64,000 nt of DNA from Mobula hypostoma (taxonomy: Eukaryota). The DNA lies in contig NC_086101.1 in the NCBI RefSeq assembly GCF_963921235.1, positions 8,310,001 through 8,374,000 on the forward strand. Direction: 5' to 3'. Positions 24,735 to 37,000 of this stretch are shown in pieces (the first letter of the stretch is position 1; every line of letters starts with the position of its first letter). The notes under the pieces were generated by a model, which had not been told where the DNA came from, did no database searches, and saw only the letters and a program-made list of their open reading frames with translations. The position numbers and the translations under genes are program-made.

Positions 24735-25682
24735 GGTATGTGGTAAATTGGATCAGCAAATTTCCTGATGATACAAAGATTGGAGGTGTAGTAGACAGTG
24801 AGGAAGGTTTTCAGAGCCTGCAGAGGGATTTGGACCAGCTGGAAAAATGGGCTGAAAAATGGCAGATGTAGTTTAATACAGACAAGTGTGAGGAATTGCA
24901 GATTGGAAGGACAAACCAAGGTAGAATATACAGGGTTAATGGTAAGGCACTGAGGAGTGCAGTAGAACAGAGGGATCTGGAAATACAGATACAAAATTCC
25001 CTAAAAGTGGCGTCACAGGTAAATAGGGTCGTAAAGAGAGCTTTTGGTACATTGGCCTTTATTAATCAAAGTATTTAGTATAAGAGCTGGAATGTTATGA
25101 TGAGGTTGTATAAGGCATTGGTGAGGCCGAATCTGGAGTATTGTGTTCAGTTTTGGTCACCAAATTACAGGAAGGATACAAATAAGGTTGAAAGAGTGCA
25201 GAGAAGGTTTACAAGGATGTTGCCGGGACTTGAGAAACTCAGTCACAGAGAAAGGTTAAATAGGTTAGGACTTTATTCCCTGGAGCGTAGAAGAATGAGG
25301 GGAGATTTGATAGAGGTTTATAAAATTATGATGGGTATAGATAGAGTGAATGCAATCAGGCTTTTTCCACTGAGGCAAGGGGAGAAAAAAACCAGAGGAC
25401 ATGGGTTAAGGGTGAGGGGGGAAAAGTTTAAAGGGAACATTAGGGGGGGGCTTCTTCACACAGAGAGTGGTGGGAGTATGGAATGAGCTGCCAGACGAGG
25501 TGGTAAATGCGGGTTCTTTTTTAACATTTAAGAATAAATTGGACAGATACATGGATGGGAGGTGTATGGAGGGATATGGTCAGTGTGCAGGTCAGTGGGA
25601 CTAGGCAGAAAATGGTTCAGCACAGCCAAGGAGGGCCAAAAGGCCTGTTTCTGTGCTGTAGTTTTTCTATGGTTTCTATGGT
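24735..25682 (+). mobile_element. CR1 LINE 3' portion
   Basis: ORFs 24896-25078 and 25097-25486 (LYKALVRPNLEYCVQFWSP); (GTTTCTATG)n tail. Confidence 0.92.
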
Positions 25683-26132
25683 ATCTAGGAGATTTAGACA
25701 CCAAAGACTCTAGCAAATTTCTACAGGTATACCATGGAGAGCATTCTACCTGGTTGCATCACCAGGTGGTCTGGAGGGGCCACTGCACAGGATCAGAAAA
25801 AGCTGCAGAAAATTGCAGATTCAGCCATTTCCATGATGGGCACTGTCCTCCCCACCATTGAGGACATCTTGAAAAGGTGACGCCTCAAGAAGGCAGCATC
25901 CATCATTAAGGACCCTGCCCGTTTCTCATTACTGCCATCAGGGAGGAGATGTAGTAGCCTAAAGACGCACACTCAACATTTTAGGAACAGCTTCTTCCCC
26001 TCCACCATCAGATCTATGAACGGTCCATGAGCGTATGAACACTGTTGTGCTCTCTATTTGCAATATTTATACATTTCTTATTGTAATTTGTAGTAATTTT
26101 CTATGTGACATTGTCTTGTGCACATAGAAGAT

Positions 26133-26440
26133 GGCACACGAGCATAGTGTTAGCCTCACACTATTACAGCGGCAGCAATCAGAATTCAGTTTCCGCCTGT
26201 AAGGAGTTTGTATGATCTCCTTGCTTGTGACTGCGTGAGATTCCTCCGGGTGCTCCGGTTTCCTCCCAAATTCCAAACATACATGGGTTAGTAAAGTGAG
26301 GGCATGTTATGTTGGTGCCAGAAGTGTGGTGACATTTGCGCGCTGTGACCCAGCACATCCTCGGACTGTGTCGGTAATTGACACAAATGATGCATTTTAC
26401 TGTGTGCTCAATGTACATGCGGCAAATGGAGATCATCTAA
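26133..26440 (+). mobile_element. V-SINE-like element
   Basis: TTCCTCCGGGTGCTCCGGTTTCCTCCC V-domain; tail similar to the 19715 copy. Confidence 0.65.
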
Positions 26441-26954
26441 TCTCTCCTGCAACCCACGGGTGCCTGCAGTTCAGACAAGCAGCAGCTCCCCTCCTCTTTG
26501 AGGAATCTTCAAAAGCAGGAAAAGACTGCCAGCTCTTCCCACAGCAAGACAGGCGGGCTATGGAGATCTCAGTGTAAAATACAGCCTTTAGCAATGAGAA
26601 GAGGAAAAGGTTTGTCAATGAGGAGATGGGGAGATAGGGAGATAGGGAGCAGGGAAGGGGTGATGGGGTAGGATTATTAATATGACTCTGGGGTGCTGGG
26701 GGGGGGAACTGAAATTATGTAATCCTTGAGATAATAAAATGCATCTCTGCAGAGCGACCGATGGGGTGTGTGTTTTCACAGTGTGGGTTCTACATAAACA
26801 GACAGAAGGAAACGTTACTGTAGTAATCTGCAGTTTACATCTCACTGAATAGCAATTAGGTTTATTGCTTCAGTTTCCAGCAGCGCAATCTCTGGGAAAT
26901 CTTTCATTCTTATGCTTTGAGTTCTGGGAATCACTGCCAAGGCCCACATTTCCT

Positions 26955-27300
26955 AAACACAAAAGATTCTGCAGATACTGGAGGTGATGAACAACACACA
27001 CAAAATACATGAGAAACTCAGCAGGTCAAGTGGCATTTATGGACAGGATTGAACAGTCTACGTTTTGGGTTGAGACCCTTCATCAGGACTGGAAAGGAAG
27101 GTAGAAGAAGCCAGAATATGAAGGTGGGTGGGTGATGAATTAAAAAACTGGGAGGGGATCAGGGGAAGAGGTGGGATGAAGAAGGTGGAATTTGATAGAA
27201 GAGAATGAACCATGGGAGAAAGGGAACGAGGGTTGCCAGAGTGAAATGATGGGCAGGAACATAGCCGGAGAAAAGACGATAATGTTGGGGAGAGGTACAT
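26955..27300 (-). mobile_element. Penelope-like terminal repeat fragment with degenerate hammerhead
   Basis: Minus strand reads CAGTCCTGATGAAGGGTCTCAACCCAAAACGTAGACTG. Confidence 0.7.
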
Positions 27301-27409
27301 CATCTGCTTTGTCCAGAATAGCCAGGAGAGGATGGTATAAAGGGAGCCTGTTGTTCAGAGAGATAGTGGAACCACAAAGAAGGTATGAAAAGTGTTTGAT
27401 GGCTCCTGG

Positions 27410-27900
27410 CCTGTCCTCGCTGGAGTATTGAGAGCAGTTTTAGGCCCCTATCTAGGGAAGGATGTGTTGGCATTGGAGAGGGTGCGGCAGAGATTCACAA
27501 TGATTATCTTTGGAACGAACGGGTTAATGAGTGAGCAGCATTTTATGTTTTTGGGCCTGCACTCGCTGGAGTTGAGAGGAACGAAGGGGAGGGTGCTAGA
27601 TAAGTTGACTTGTGAAGAATGTTTCCAATAGTGGGAGACTCCTGGGCCAAAGGGCACAGCCTCAGACTACAAGGACATCTCTTTGGAACAGAGATGAGGG
27701 TGGGGAATCTGTGAAATTTATTGCCACAGGTGGCTGTGGAAGCCAAGTCAATGGGTATACAAAGCGGAGGTTGATGGTTTTTAATTAAAGGTGTTAAAGC
27801 TTATGGGGAGACAGCGGCAGTATGGGGCTAAGAGGGTAAATAAATTCGCCATGATGGAATGGCGGAGCAGACTCGTTGGGCTGATTCTGCTCCTGTCTTG
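27410..27900 (+). mobile_element. Old CR1 3' fragment
   Basis: PYLGKDVLALERVRQRFT motif. Confidence 0.75.
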
Positions 27901-27949
27901 TAGCCTTATTCCCTTCTCCCTCCTGGGGATCAAGGCAGGTTGGAGAGGG

Positions 27950-28520
27950 AGATCAGCGAACTTCTCCGTGATCTCAGCGCAATCGAACACGGCCGCCCCA
28001 GAATGACTCAGGGAGAAGTGCGTAGACATTCACCCACCCCCGGAGTCCAGCCAACTCACGGTCCGCTGATCAGCACCCCCACGCCATTACCTCAGAACCT
28101 GACCCGCGTCCGGGAGCAGGGGAACTCTCACACCACTATCCCGCAGCCACATGCCGCCCCTACCAACCTGAAGTTCCCTCTGCCACTCCCTCGCCCACTA
28201 TATTTAGCAGCCGCCCCGCCCCAGGATAAAATGGCTGGCGACGTCAGCTGCTCTTTGAGGAACAGACCTTCTAATTCCTCGTCCTAGATAAAGCTCATGA
28301 AATCAGCTGGCCGGCCCCAAAAAGAGAAGGTAGCCAGGAAAGGTTCCGCTTTATCCACTATTATTTTTTTTCTTGTTGTTTGTTAAGGGCTGGGTTAAAT
28401 CTGACTTTCTTCTCCTTCTGCTGCGTTCCGCGGAGATGATGTCAGAACCCCGAACAGCCACGACCAGTGCGCGGAGTCCGAATCTCCATGTGGCAGGGTC
28501 ACTGGCGTGAGATCGATCAT
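27950..28520 (-). promoter_or_regulatory. CpG-rich promoter-like island (MEF2/TATA-like, GC box, CRE-like, E-boxes)
   Basis: CTATATTTAG 28198-28207, CCGCCCCGCCC 28211-28221, AAAATGGC 28228-28235, GACGTCA 28240-28246, CAGCTG at 28245 and 28304, TGACTCA 28004-28010. Minus-strand donors GAG|GTAATG (28090) and C|GTGAGT (28059). Confidence 0.65.
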
Positions 28521-28539
28521 TTCTCCATTTGGGGTCGTG

Positions 28540-28960
28540 CTGTTCGTGGTTCTTGGTCCTCCATTCCGCATGGAATTTAAACTGGAGGTGGCGGAGGGTG
28601 GACTTAAGAAGGAGATTTTTGAAGAAGAAAAGCTGCCTTAAATTTAGTTGGGTTTGGTTGTGTGACTATGGTAGGATGCCGAAGATTATTCCATGGTTTA
28701 ATTGTGCGGGGGAGAAATGAATTGCTGTACACATCTGACTTGGTAGTTAGTATTTCAAATTGAGTTGAGTGCCCTCGTCTGCTCCTCATAGGTGCATCAG
28801 GGTAAGTTATGTAGGGGAAAGGATTGGTCAGATAATGCCCGAAGGTACCGGGATCGAATCCTTTCAGCTTTAAAATGGTGGTGTGCGTGTTACGAGGAGA
28901 GCATTGATTAGGCATTGTCAGTCGCTGCTGCACGTTTGTAGGACCCACAGGGAAAAAGTG
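28540..28960 (-). mobile_element. CR1/L2-group LINE 3' fragment of a distinct family
   Basis: ORF 28604-29044 reads RSRRGHS...YSNSFLPRTIKPWNNL, a typical LINE ORF2 C-terminus. Confidence 0.7.
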
Positions 28961-29019
28961 GTGGTGTGTGTGTCGAGGGTTGGGGGGGGGGGGCGATGAG
29001 CGGTGGTGTGGTGGAAGCC

Positions 29020-29254
29020 ACCCTTCCACTCCTGGCATCTCCATTCCATCGCTCCTGGGATCTCCACTCCAAAGCTCCTGGGATGTCCACCCTTCCTAGG
29101 ATGTACACCCTTCAACTCCTGGGATCTCCACTCCATTGCTCCTGGGATCTCCACCCTTCCACTCCTGGGATCTCCACTCCATCGCTCCTGGGATGTCCAC
29201 CCTTCCACTCCTGGGATCTCCATTCCATCGCTCCTGGGATCTCCACTCCATCAC
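29020..29254. repeat. 23-bp minisatellite with two unit variants
   Basis: Units CTCCTGGGATCTCCACTCCATCG and CTCCTGGGATGTCCACCCTTCCA, about 10 copies. Confidence 0.9.
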
Positions 29255-30502
29255 TATTCCTGCCGGGGCTAAGGAAGAAGGTGGAGAGAAGCTGAAATTC
29301 AGACAGTTCCCAGTTGGCTAGGCTGAGCATAGAACATGGAACACAGAAGAGGACAACAGAGGAACACACCCTTTGGCCCACATTGTGTGTACTGACCACA
29401 AAGTCAACCCAACTAATCCCACCCGTCTGCACATGTTCTATATCCCTCCATTCTCTGCTTGTTCATGTGTTTGTCTAAATGCCTCTTAAATATTGCTTTT
29501 GTATCTATTCGGGTGCCACAGCAAAGATGTTCTATGTCATTGGGTCTTAATCTTGGAATGGGCTAGTGCTGGAGTTTAGCCCTAGTGTACAGCACAGGAA
29601 CAGGCCCTCAGCCCACAATGTGGTGCCAAACTAATTAAGATAATGATTTCTCCATTATGAGCCATGTCATATGATGTGGGCGATTGTGGTTTTCCCATGA
29701 GCATGAGTGTTCCTGGCATTTTTTTTCTACATACGTGGTTTGTGTTCTTTTGCAGTGTCTTTACAAGGTGGGTGACCCAGCTATTGTCAATACTGTCCAG
29801 AGATTGTCTGCCTGTTGTCAGTGGTCACATAACCAGGACTTGTGATATACATTAGCTGCTCATGCGCCCATCCACCACCTGCTCCCCTGGCTTCATCTGA
29901 CCCTGATTGGGGGTTCAGTAGGTGTTACACCTTGCCCAAGAAATGCCACCTTGCACCACTTTAAATGTAAGAAAAAACTTGCATCACACATCTCATTTAA
30001 ATTTCCCCCCTCACATCATGTGTAGTACTAGGCATTTGAAGGTTGTGCAAAAGATTCTGACTCTCTTTCCATTCCATATCTCTCAAAACGTTATAAACCT
30101 CTATCGGATCTCCCCTCAGCCTCTACATCCACTCCAGAGAGAACACCCCAAATTTGTCCAACCTCTCCTACTAGATCGTGCTTTCTACTCTAAACAGCAT
30201 CCTGGTGAACTTGTTTTGCACCCTGTCCGAAGACTTCACATCGTTAAGCATAGCAGAAGATTTCAAACCTGAGGGGGTTGGGAATCCCATGGGATCGAGT
30301 GGATCCTTGGGCTTAAACTTCCCCAGAAGATTAAGGCTCATGAGTTTCACCTGGTGTAAAACCAGGTGACGGGTGTCTGTATCTCATGGTTGATAGTAGG
30401 GGGGAGGGAGGAACCAGTTAGGTTAACGTTCACTTCCTATTCCTCTCTGATTCCTCATAAGAAAGTTGGGGTTGGGGGGGGGGAGGGTGAAGTGGTGATG
30501 GT

Positions 30503-30720
30503 GACACACACAAAATGCTGGAGAAAAGCAGCCAGCCAGGCAGCATCTAGGAAAAGAGTACAATCAACATTTTGGGCTGAAACCCTCCGCCCTGCTGAAA
30601 GGTTTTGACCCACAACATCGACTGTACTCATTCCCTAGAGGCTGCCTAACCAGCTGAGTCCCTCCAGCATTTTGTGTGTGTTGATCGGATTTCCAGCATC
30701 TGCAGATTTTCTCTGGTTTG
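30503..30720. mobile_element. Palindromic mini Penelope-like element (degenerate)
   Basis: Arms CACACACAAAATGCTGGAG / CTCCAGCATTTTGTGTGTG around decayed hammerhead cores. Confidence 0.7.
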
Positions 30721-30811
30721 TGATCGGACTTCAGCCATTCTCCTGATGGTGCTAACGGTTATGGTGGGGGAGCTCCAGGATTAAGACCCAAAAACATAAA
30801 GCATTTGCTTT

Positions 30812-31348
30812 GTGGCTACTTTATTAGGTACAGGAGTAGAACCCAGTGTAGACTTTCGCTGCTGTAACACACCCACTTTAGGGTTTGACATGAGTGCTTA
30901 GAGCTGCTTTTCTGAACATCACTGTTGTAACGTGTGGTTACTTGAACTACTGTTCCTTTTTGCAAGCTTGAACCATCTGGCCGTTCGCCTCTGACCCCTC
31001 TCATTATCAAGGCATTTTTGCCCACAGAACTGCTGCTCACTGCATGTGTTTTTTTTTGTTTTTCACACCATTTTCTGTAAGTTCCAGAGACTGTAGTGCG
31101 TGAAAAACCCAGCATATCAGCATATTGAGATACTCAAACCAGCCAGTCTGGCACCAGCAAGCAATCTACAGTCAAAGTCACTTAGATCACATTTCTTCCC
31201 CACTATGATGTTTGATCTGAACAACAACTGAACTTCTTGACCATGTCTGCATGTTTTTATGCATTGAGTTGCTGCCACATGATTGGCTGATTAGATATTT
31301 GCATTAACAAGCAGGTGTACAGGTGTACCTAATAAAGTGGCCACTGAG
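30812..31348 (-). mobile_element. Non-autonomous Tc1/mariner-type DNA transposon
   Basis: TIRs GTGGCTACTTTATTAGGTACA / TGTACCTAATAAAGTGGCCAC. Minus-strand LGFSRTTVS..YRKW resembles a Tc1 transposase HTH region. Confidence 0.8.
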
Positions 31349-31610
31349 CTTAGAGTCAAGATTATGTGTTGTCATTCTTCAGTATACATGTGTAAAGGAG
31401 AAGGAAATGATTGTTATTCTGGATCTGATGCAGCATAAAAACACAATATATATAAATATAAACATGAGAGATTCCACAGATGCTAGAAATCCAGAGTAAC
31501 GCACACAAAATGCTGGAGGAACCCAGCAGGTGAGGCAGCATCGATGGAGGTGAATAAAGAATCGATGATTTGGGCGAAGACCTTTCATCAAGACCTGAGG
31601 AAGGGTCTTA

Positions 31611-31684
31611 GCTGGCTGGTGGTATAGTGGCATCAGCAATGGAGTTCGAGACAAATGGCCCCAGGTTCGAATCCAGACAGCTCC
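31611..31684 (+). mobile_element. tRNA-derived SINE head
   Basis: A-box TGGTATAGTGG and B-box GGTTCGAATCC, but poor stem pairing, so not a functional tRNA. Confidence 0.55.
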
Positions 31685-32611
31685 TTGCATGCTTTCCATC
31701 CTGATGGCTTGGAGGGAGAAACTGTTTTTGAGTCTGTTGGTCCTGGCGTGGATGCTGCGTAGCTTCCTCCCTGAGGGGAGAGGGACAAACAGTCCATAAG
31801 CAGGGTGGGTGGGATCCTTCACGATATTGCTGAACATGATACAGAACAATGCAGTGCAGGAACAGGCCTTTCATCCACAACACTGTCCCAAACTAAGCTA
31901 ATGACATCTATTCCCTTCTGCCTGCAGATTGTCCACAGCCCTGCTTTTGCTGCTCATTCATGTGTCTATCCAAATGCCTCTATTATATCTCTCTCTATCA
32001 CCACCCCGGCAGCAAATTAGCATTCACTACTCTTTGTTTAAAAAAACTTGCCCCGCACATCTCCTTTGAACTTTCCCTCTCACAGCTTAAATGCACCGTC
32101 TATTATTATTCATTTTGACCCTGGGAAAAGGATACCCACTATCCACCTATAGTTTAGGAAGATTTGTTAACACGAAGGGAATGAAAGGTTAGGCTGGACA
32201 ATGACTCTAAGGTGATAGATACAAATGAACATTAGTGAAGCTGGAAACCATTTGAATTCTCTACCACACCACAGAGAAATATGAAGGTCAGGCTAAGGTA
32301 GACCTCTTGTCCTTGAGTTGAAGAGAAATTGCGCAGGAATGTAAGAAGCTGGGGAGACTCTGCCCAATTCATCAAGGCGCATTCATCCTCATCATCAGTA
32401 GTATCTACAGGAGGCATTGCCTTCAGAAGGCAACGTCCATCGTCAAAGATTCCCACTAGCCAGGGCCAGGCCATCTTCTCAGAGCTACCGTCAGGAGGTA
32501 CAGGAGCTTGACGTCCCACCCACCAAGTCAGGAACAGCTACTTCCCAACCAACATCAGGTTCTTGAACCAACCAGCACAACCCTAATTGCTGGAACAGTA
32601 TAGCAGAAATA

Positions 32612-34002
32612 TAAGATCATAAGACATAGGAGCAGAATTAGGCCATTTGGCCCATCGAGTCTGCTCTGCCATTCAATCACGGTTAATCTTCTTTATCTCC
32701 CTCCTCAGCTCTGCTCTCCGGCCTTCTCCCTGTAACCTTTGATGCCATGTTCAGACAAGAACTATAAAGCTTTGCCTTAAATACACCCAATGAGCTGGCC
32801 TCCACAGCTGCACACGCAACAAATGCACCACCCTTTGGATAAAGAAATTTCTCCACATCTCTGTTTTAAATGGACGCCCCTCTATCCTGAGGCTGTACCC
32901 TCTTGTCCTAGATTCTCCCTCCAAATATCCTTTCCATATCTACTTTGTCTAGGCCTTTCAAATTCAAAACGTTTCAATGAGCTCCCCCCCTCATACTTCC
33001 CTCATACTTCCCTCATAATTCCAGCAAGTACAGGCCCAGAGTCAACAAACGTTCCTCAAATGATAACCCTTTCATTCCCAGAATCTTCCTTGTGAACCTC
33101 CTCTGGACCACTTCCAATGCCAATACATCTTTTCTTAGATCAGGAGCCCAAAACTGTTCACAATACTCAAAGTGAGGCCTCACCAGTGCCTTATAAACCC
33201 TCAGCATCACATCCTTGCTCTTGTATTCTTGAAATGAATGCCAACATGCTATTTGCCTTCCTCACCACTGACTCTACCTGCAAATTAACCTTTAGGGTGC
33301 TCTGCACAAGGACTCCCAAAACCCTTTGCATCTCAGATTTTCTCTGTTTAGAAAATTGTCTGTGCATTTATTTCTTCTACTAAAGTGTTTGATTGTGCAC
33401 TTTCCAAATTGCATTTCATTTGCCACTTTCTTGCCCATTTTCCTAATCTGTCTAAGTCCTTCTGTAGCCTTCTTGTTTCCTTAGTCCCACCTGCCTCCCA
33501 CATCAATCTTTGTATCATCCGCAAACTTGGCAACAAAGCCATCTATTCCATCATTCAACTCATTGACATACAGCATAAAAAGAAGTGGTCCCAACACCGA
33601 CCCCTGCAAATCACAATTAGTCATGCAGCCAACCAGAAAAGGATCATATTATTCCTACTCACTGCTTCCTACCAAGCAGCCAATGCTCTAACCATATTAG
33701 TAACTTTCCTATAATACCATGGGCTGTTAACTTGGGAAGCAGCCTCGTGTGTGGTATCTTGTCAAAGGCCTTCCGAAAATCTAAATATATAACATCCACT
33801 GCATTCCCTTTATCCATCCTACTTGTAATCTCCTCAAGGAATTCCAATAGGTTTGTCAGGTAAGACTTTCCCTTAAGGAAATCATGCTGACTTTGTCCTA
33901 TCTTGTCCTGTGTCACCAAATACTCCATAACCTGACCCTTAACAATCAACTCCAGCATCTTCCTAACCACTGAGGTCAGGCAAACTTCCTTTCTGCTGCC
34001 TC
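32612..34002 (-). mobile_element. Old CR1 LINE (RT to 3' end); continues at 38092-38440
   Basis: ORFs 33659-33970 (KGKSYLTNLLEF..LDFRKAFDK) and 33013-33210. Split by the younger CR1 at 34003-38091. Confidence 0.88.
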
Positions 34003-37000
34003 TGATGGGCAGAGGGGGTGGGGTGGCTCTGTTGGTGAGGAATGGTATTCAGTCCCTTGCGAGGGTGGACATAGAATCAAGAGACGTGGAGTCAGTATGG
34101 CTAGAACTGAGAAATTCTAAGGGTAGAAGGACCCTAATAGGAGTTATCTACAGGCCCCCAAACAGTAGTCTGGATGTAGGGTGTAAGTTGAATCAAGAGT
34201 TAAAATTGGCATGTCGCAAGAGTAATGCTATAGCTGTTATGGGGGACTTCAACATGCAGGTAGACTGGAGGAATCAGGTTGGTGCTGGTCCCCAAGAAAG
34301 GGAGTTTGTGGAGTCCCTCCGAGATGGATTCTTAGAACAGCTTGTACTGGAGCCTACCAGAGAGAATGCAATTCCAGATTTAGTGTTGTGCAATGAACCG
34401 GATTTGATCAGGGACCTCGAGGTAAAGGAGCCATTAGGAGGTAGTGACCATAATATGATGTTTTAATCTACAATTTGAGAGGGAGAAGGGAAACTCAGAA
34501 GTGTCAGTATTACAGTTGAACAAAGGGAAGTATGGTGCTATGAGGGAGTGGCTGGCCAAAATTCAATGGAACAATACCCTAGCAGGGATGACAGTGGAAC
34601 AGCAATGGCAAGTGTTTCTGGGAATAATGCAGAAGGTGCAGGATCAGTTCGTTCCAAAGTGTGGTCTCTACGTCTGTGGTGGGAAAGCTGTTGGAAAAGA
34701 TTCTTAGAGATAGGATCTATAGGCATTTAGAGAATCATGGTCTGATCAGGGACAGTCAGCATGGCTTTCTGAAGGGCAGATCGTGTCTAACAAGCCTGAT
34801 AGAGTTCGTTGAGGAGATGACCAGGCATATAGATGAGGGTAGTGCAGTGGATGTGATCTATATGGATTTTAGTAAGGCATTTGACAAGGTTCCACACGGT
34901 AGGCTTATCCAGAAAGTTAGAAGGCATGGGATCCAGGGAAGTTTGGCCAGGTGGATTCAGAATTGGCTTGCCTGCAGAAGGCAGAGGGTGGTGGTGGAGG
35001 GAGTACATTCAGATTGGAGGATTGTGACTAGTAGTGTCCCACAAGGATCTGTTCTGGGACCTCTACTTTTCGTGATTTTTATTAACGACCTGGATGTGGG
35101 GGTAGAAGTGTGGGTTGGCAAGTTTGCAGACGACACAAAGGTTGTTGGTGTTGCAGATAGTGTAGAGGATTGTCAAAGATTGCAGACAGACATTGATAGG
35201 ATGCAGAAGTGTGCTGAGAAGTGGCAGATGGATTTCAACCCGGAGAAGTGTGAGGTGGTACACTTTGGAAGGACAAACTCCAAGGCAGAGTACAAAGTAA
35301 ATGGCAGGATACTTGGTAGTGTGGAAGAGCAGAGGGATCTCAGGGTACATGTCCACAGATCCCTGAAAGTTGCCTCACAGGTGGATAGGCTAGTTAAGAA
35401 AGCTTATGGGGTGTTGGCTTTCATAAGTCGAGGGATAGAGTTTAAGAGTTGCGATGTAATGATGCAGCTCTATAAAACTCTGGTTAGGCCTCACTTGGAG
35501 TATTGTGTCCAGTTCTGGTCACCTCACTATAGGAAGGATGTGGAAGCATTGGAAAGGGTACAGAGGAGATTTGCCAGGATGCTGCCTGGTTTAGAAAGTA
35601 TGCATTATGATCAGAGATTAAGGGAGCTAGGGCTTTACTCTTTGGAGAGGAGGATGAGAGGAGACATGATAGAGGTGCACAAGATAATAAGAGGAATAGA
35701 TAGAGTGGATAGCCAGCGCCTCTTCCCGAGGGCACCACTGCTCAATACAAGAGGACATGGCTTTAAGGTAAGGGGTGGTAAGTTCAAGGGGGATATCAGA
35801 GGAAGGTTTTTTACTCAGAGAGTGGTTGGTGCGTGGAATGCACTGCCTCAGTCAGTGGTGGAGGCAGATACACTAGTGAAGTTTAAGAGACTACTAGACA
35901 GGTATATGGAGGAATCTAAGGTGGGAGCTTATATGGGAGGCAGGGTTTGAGGGTTGGCACAACATTGTGGGCCGAAGGGCCTGTACTGTGCTGTACTATT
36001 CTATGTTCCATGTTCAAAGAGGAAGAAAGATCCTAAGGGGAGTAAGGGGAGGCCGTGGCTGACAAGGGAAGTAATGGACAGCATAAAAATAAAAGAGAAG
36101 AAGTATAACATAGCAAAGACGAGTGGGAAGCCGGAGGATTGGGAAACTTTTAAAGAGCAACAGAAGGTAACTAAAAAGGCAATACGCAGAGAAAAAATGA
36201 GGTACAAAGGTAAACTAGCCAAGAATATAAAGGAGGATAGGAAAAGGCTCTTTAGGTATGTGAAAAGGAAAATAATAGTTAAGACCAAAATTGGGCCCTT
36301 GAAGACAGAAGCGGGTGAATTTATTATGGGGGACAAGGAAATGGCAGACGAGTTGAACAGGTACTTTGGATCTGTCTTCACTAGGGAAGACACAAACAAT
36401 CTCCCAGATGTAATAGTGGCCAAAAGACCTAGGGTAATGGATGAATTGAAGGAATTTTATATTAGGCAGGAAATGGTGTTGGATAGGCTGTTGGGTCTGA
36501 AGGCTGATAAGTCCCCGGGACCTGATGGTCTGCATCTCAGGGTAATTAAGGAGGTGGCTTTAGAAATCGTGGACGCAATGGTAATCATTTTCCAATGCTC
36601 TATAAATTCAGGATCAGTTCCTGTGGATTGGAGGGTGGCTAATGTTGTCCCTCTCTTCAAGAAGGGAGGAAGAGAGAAAACAGGGAATTATAGACCGGTT
36701 AGCCTGACGTCGGTGGTGGGAAAGATGCTGGAGTCAATTATAAAAAATGAAATGACACACATCTGGATAGTAGTAACAGGATTGGTCTGAGTCAGCTTGG
36801 ATTTACGAAGGGGAAATCGTGCTTGACTAATTTTCTGGAGTTTTTTGAGGATGTAACTATGAAAATGGACATGGGAGAGCCAGTGGATGCAGTGTACCTG
36901 GACTTTCAGAAAGCCTTTGACGAAGTCCCACATAGGAGATTAGTGGGCAAAATTAGGGCACATGGTATTGGGGGCAGAGTACTGACATGGATTGAAAATT

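Noticed and set aside
29020..29254. CRISPR-like repeat/spacer appearance
   Set aside because: The 'spacers' are only about 8 nt and recur in two variants; there are no cas genes and the context is eukaryotic. It is a minisatellite.
31611..31684. Possible tRNA gene
   Set aside because: A and B boxes are present, but acceptor, anticodon and T stems pair poorly and it is embedded in repeats; treated as a SINE head.
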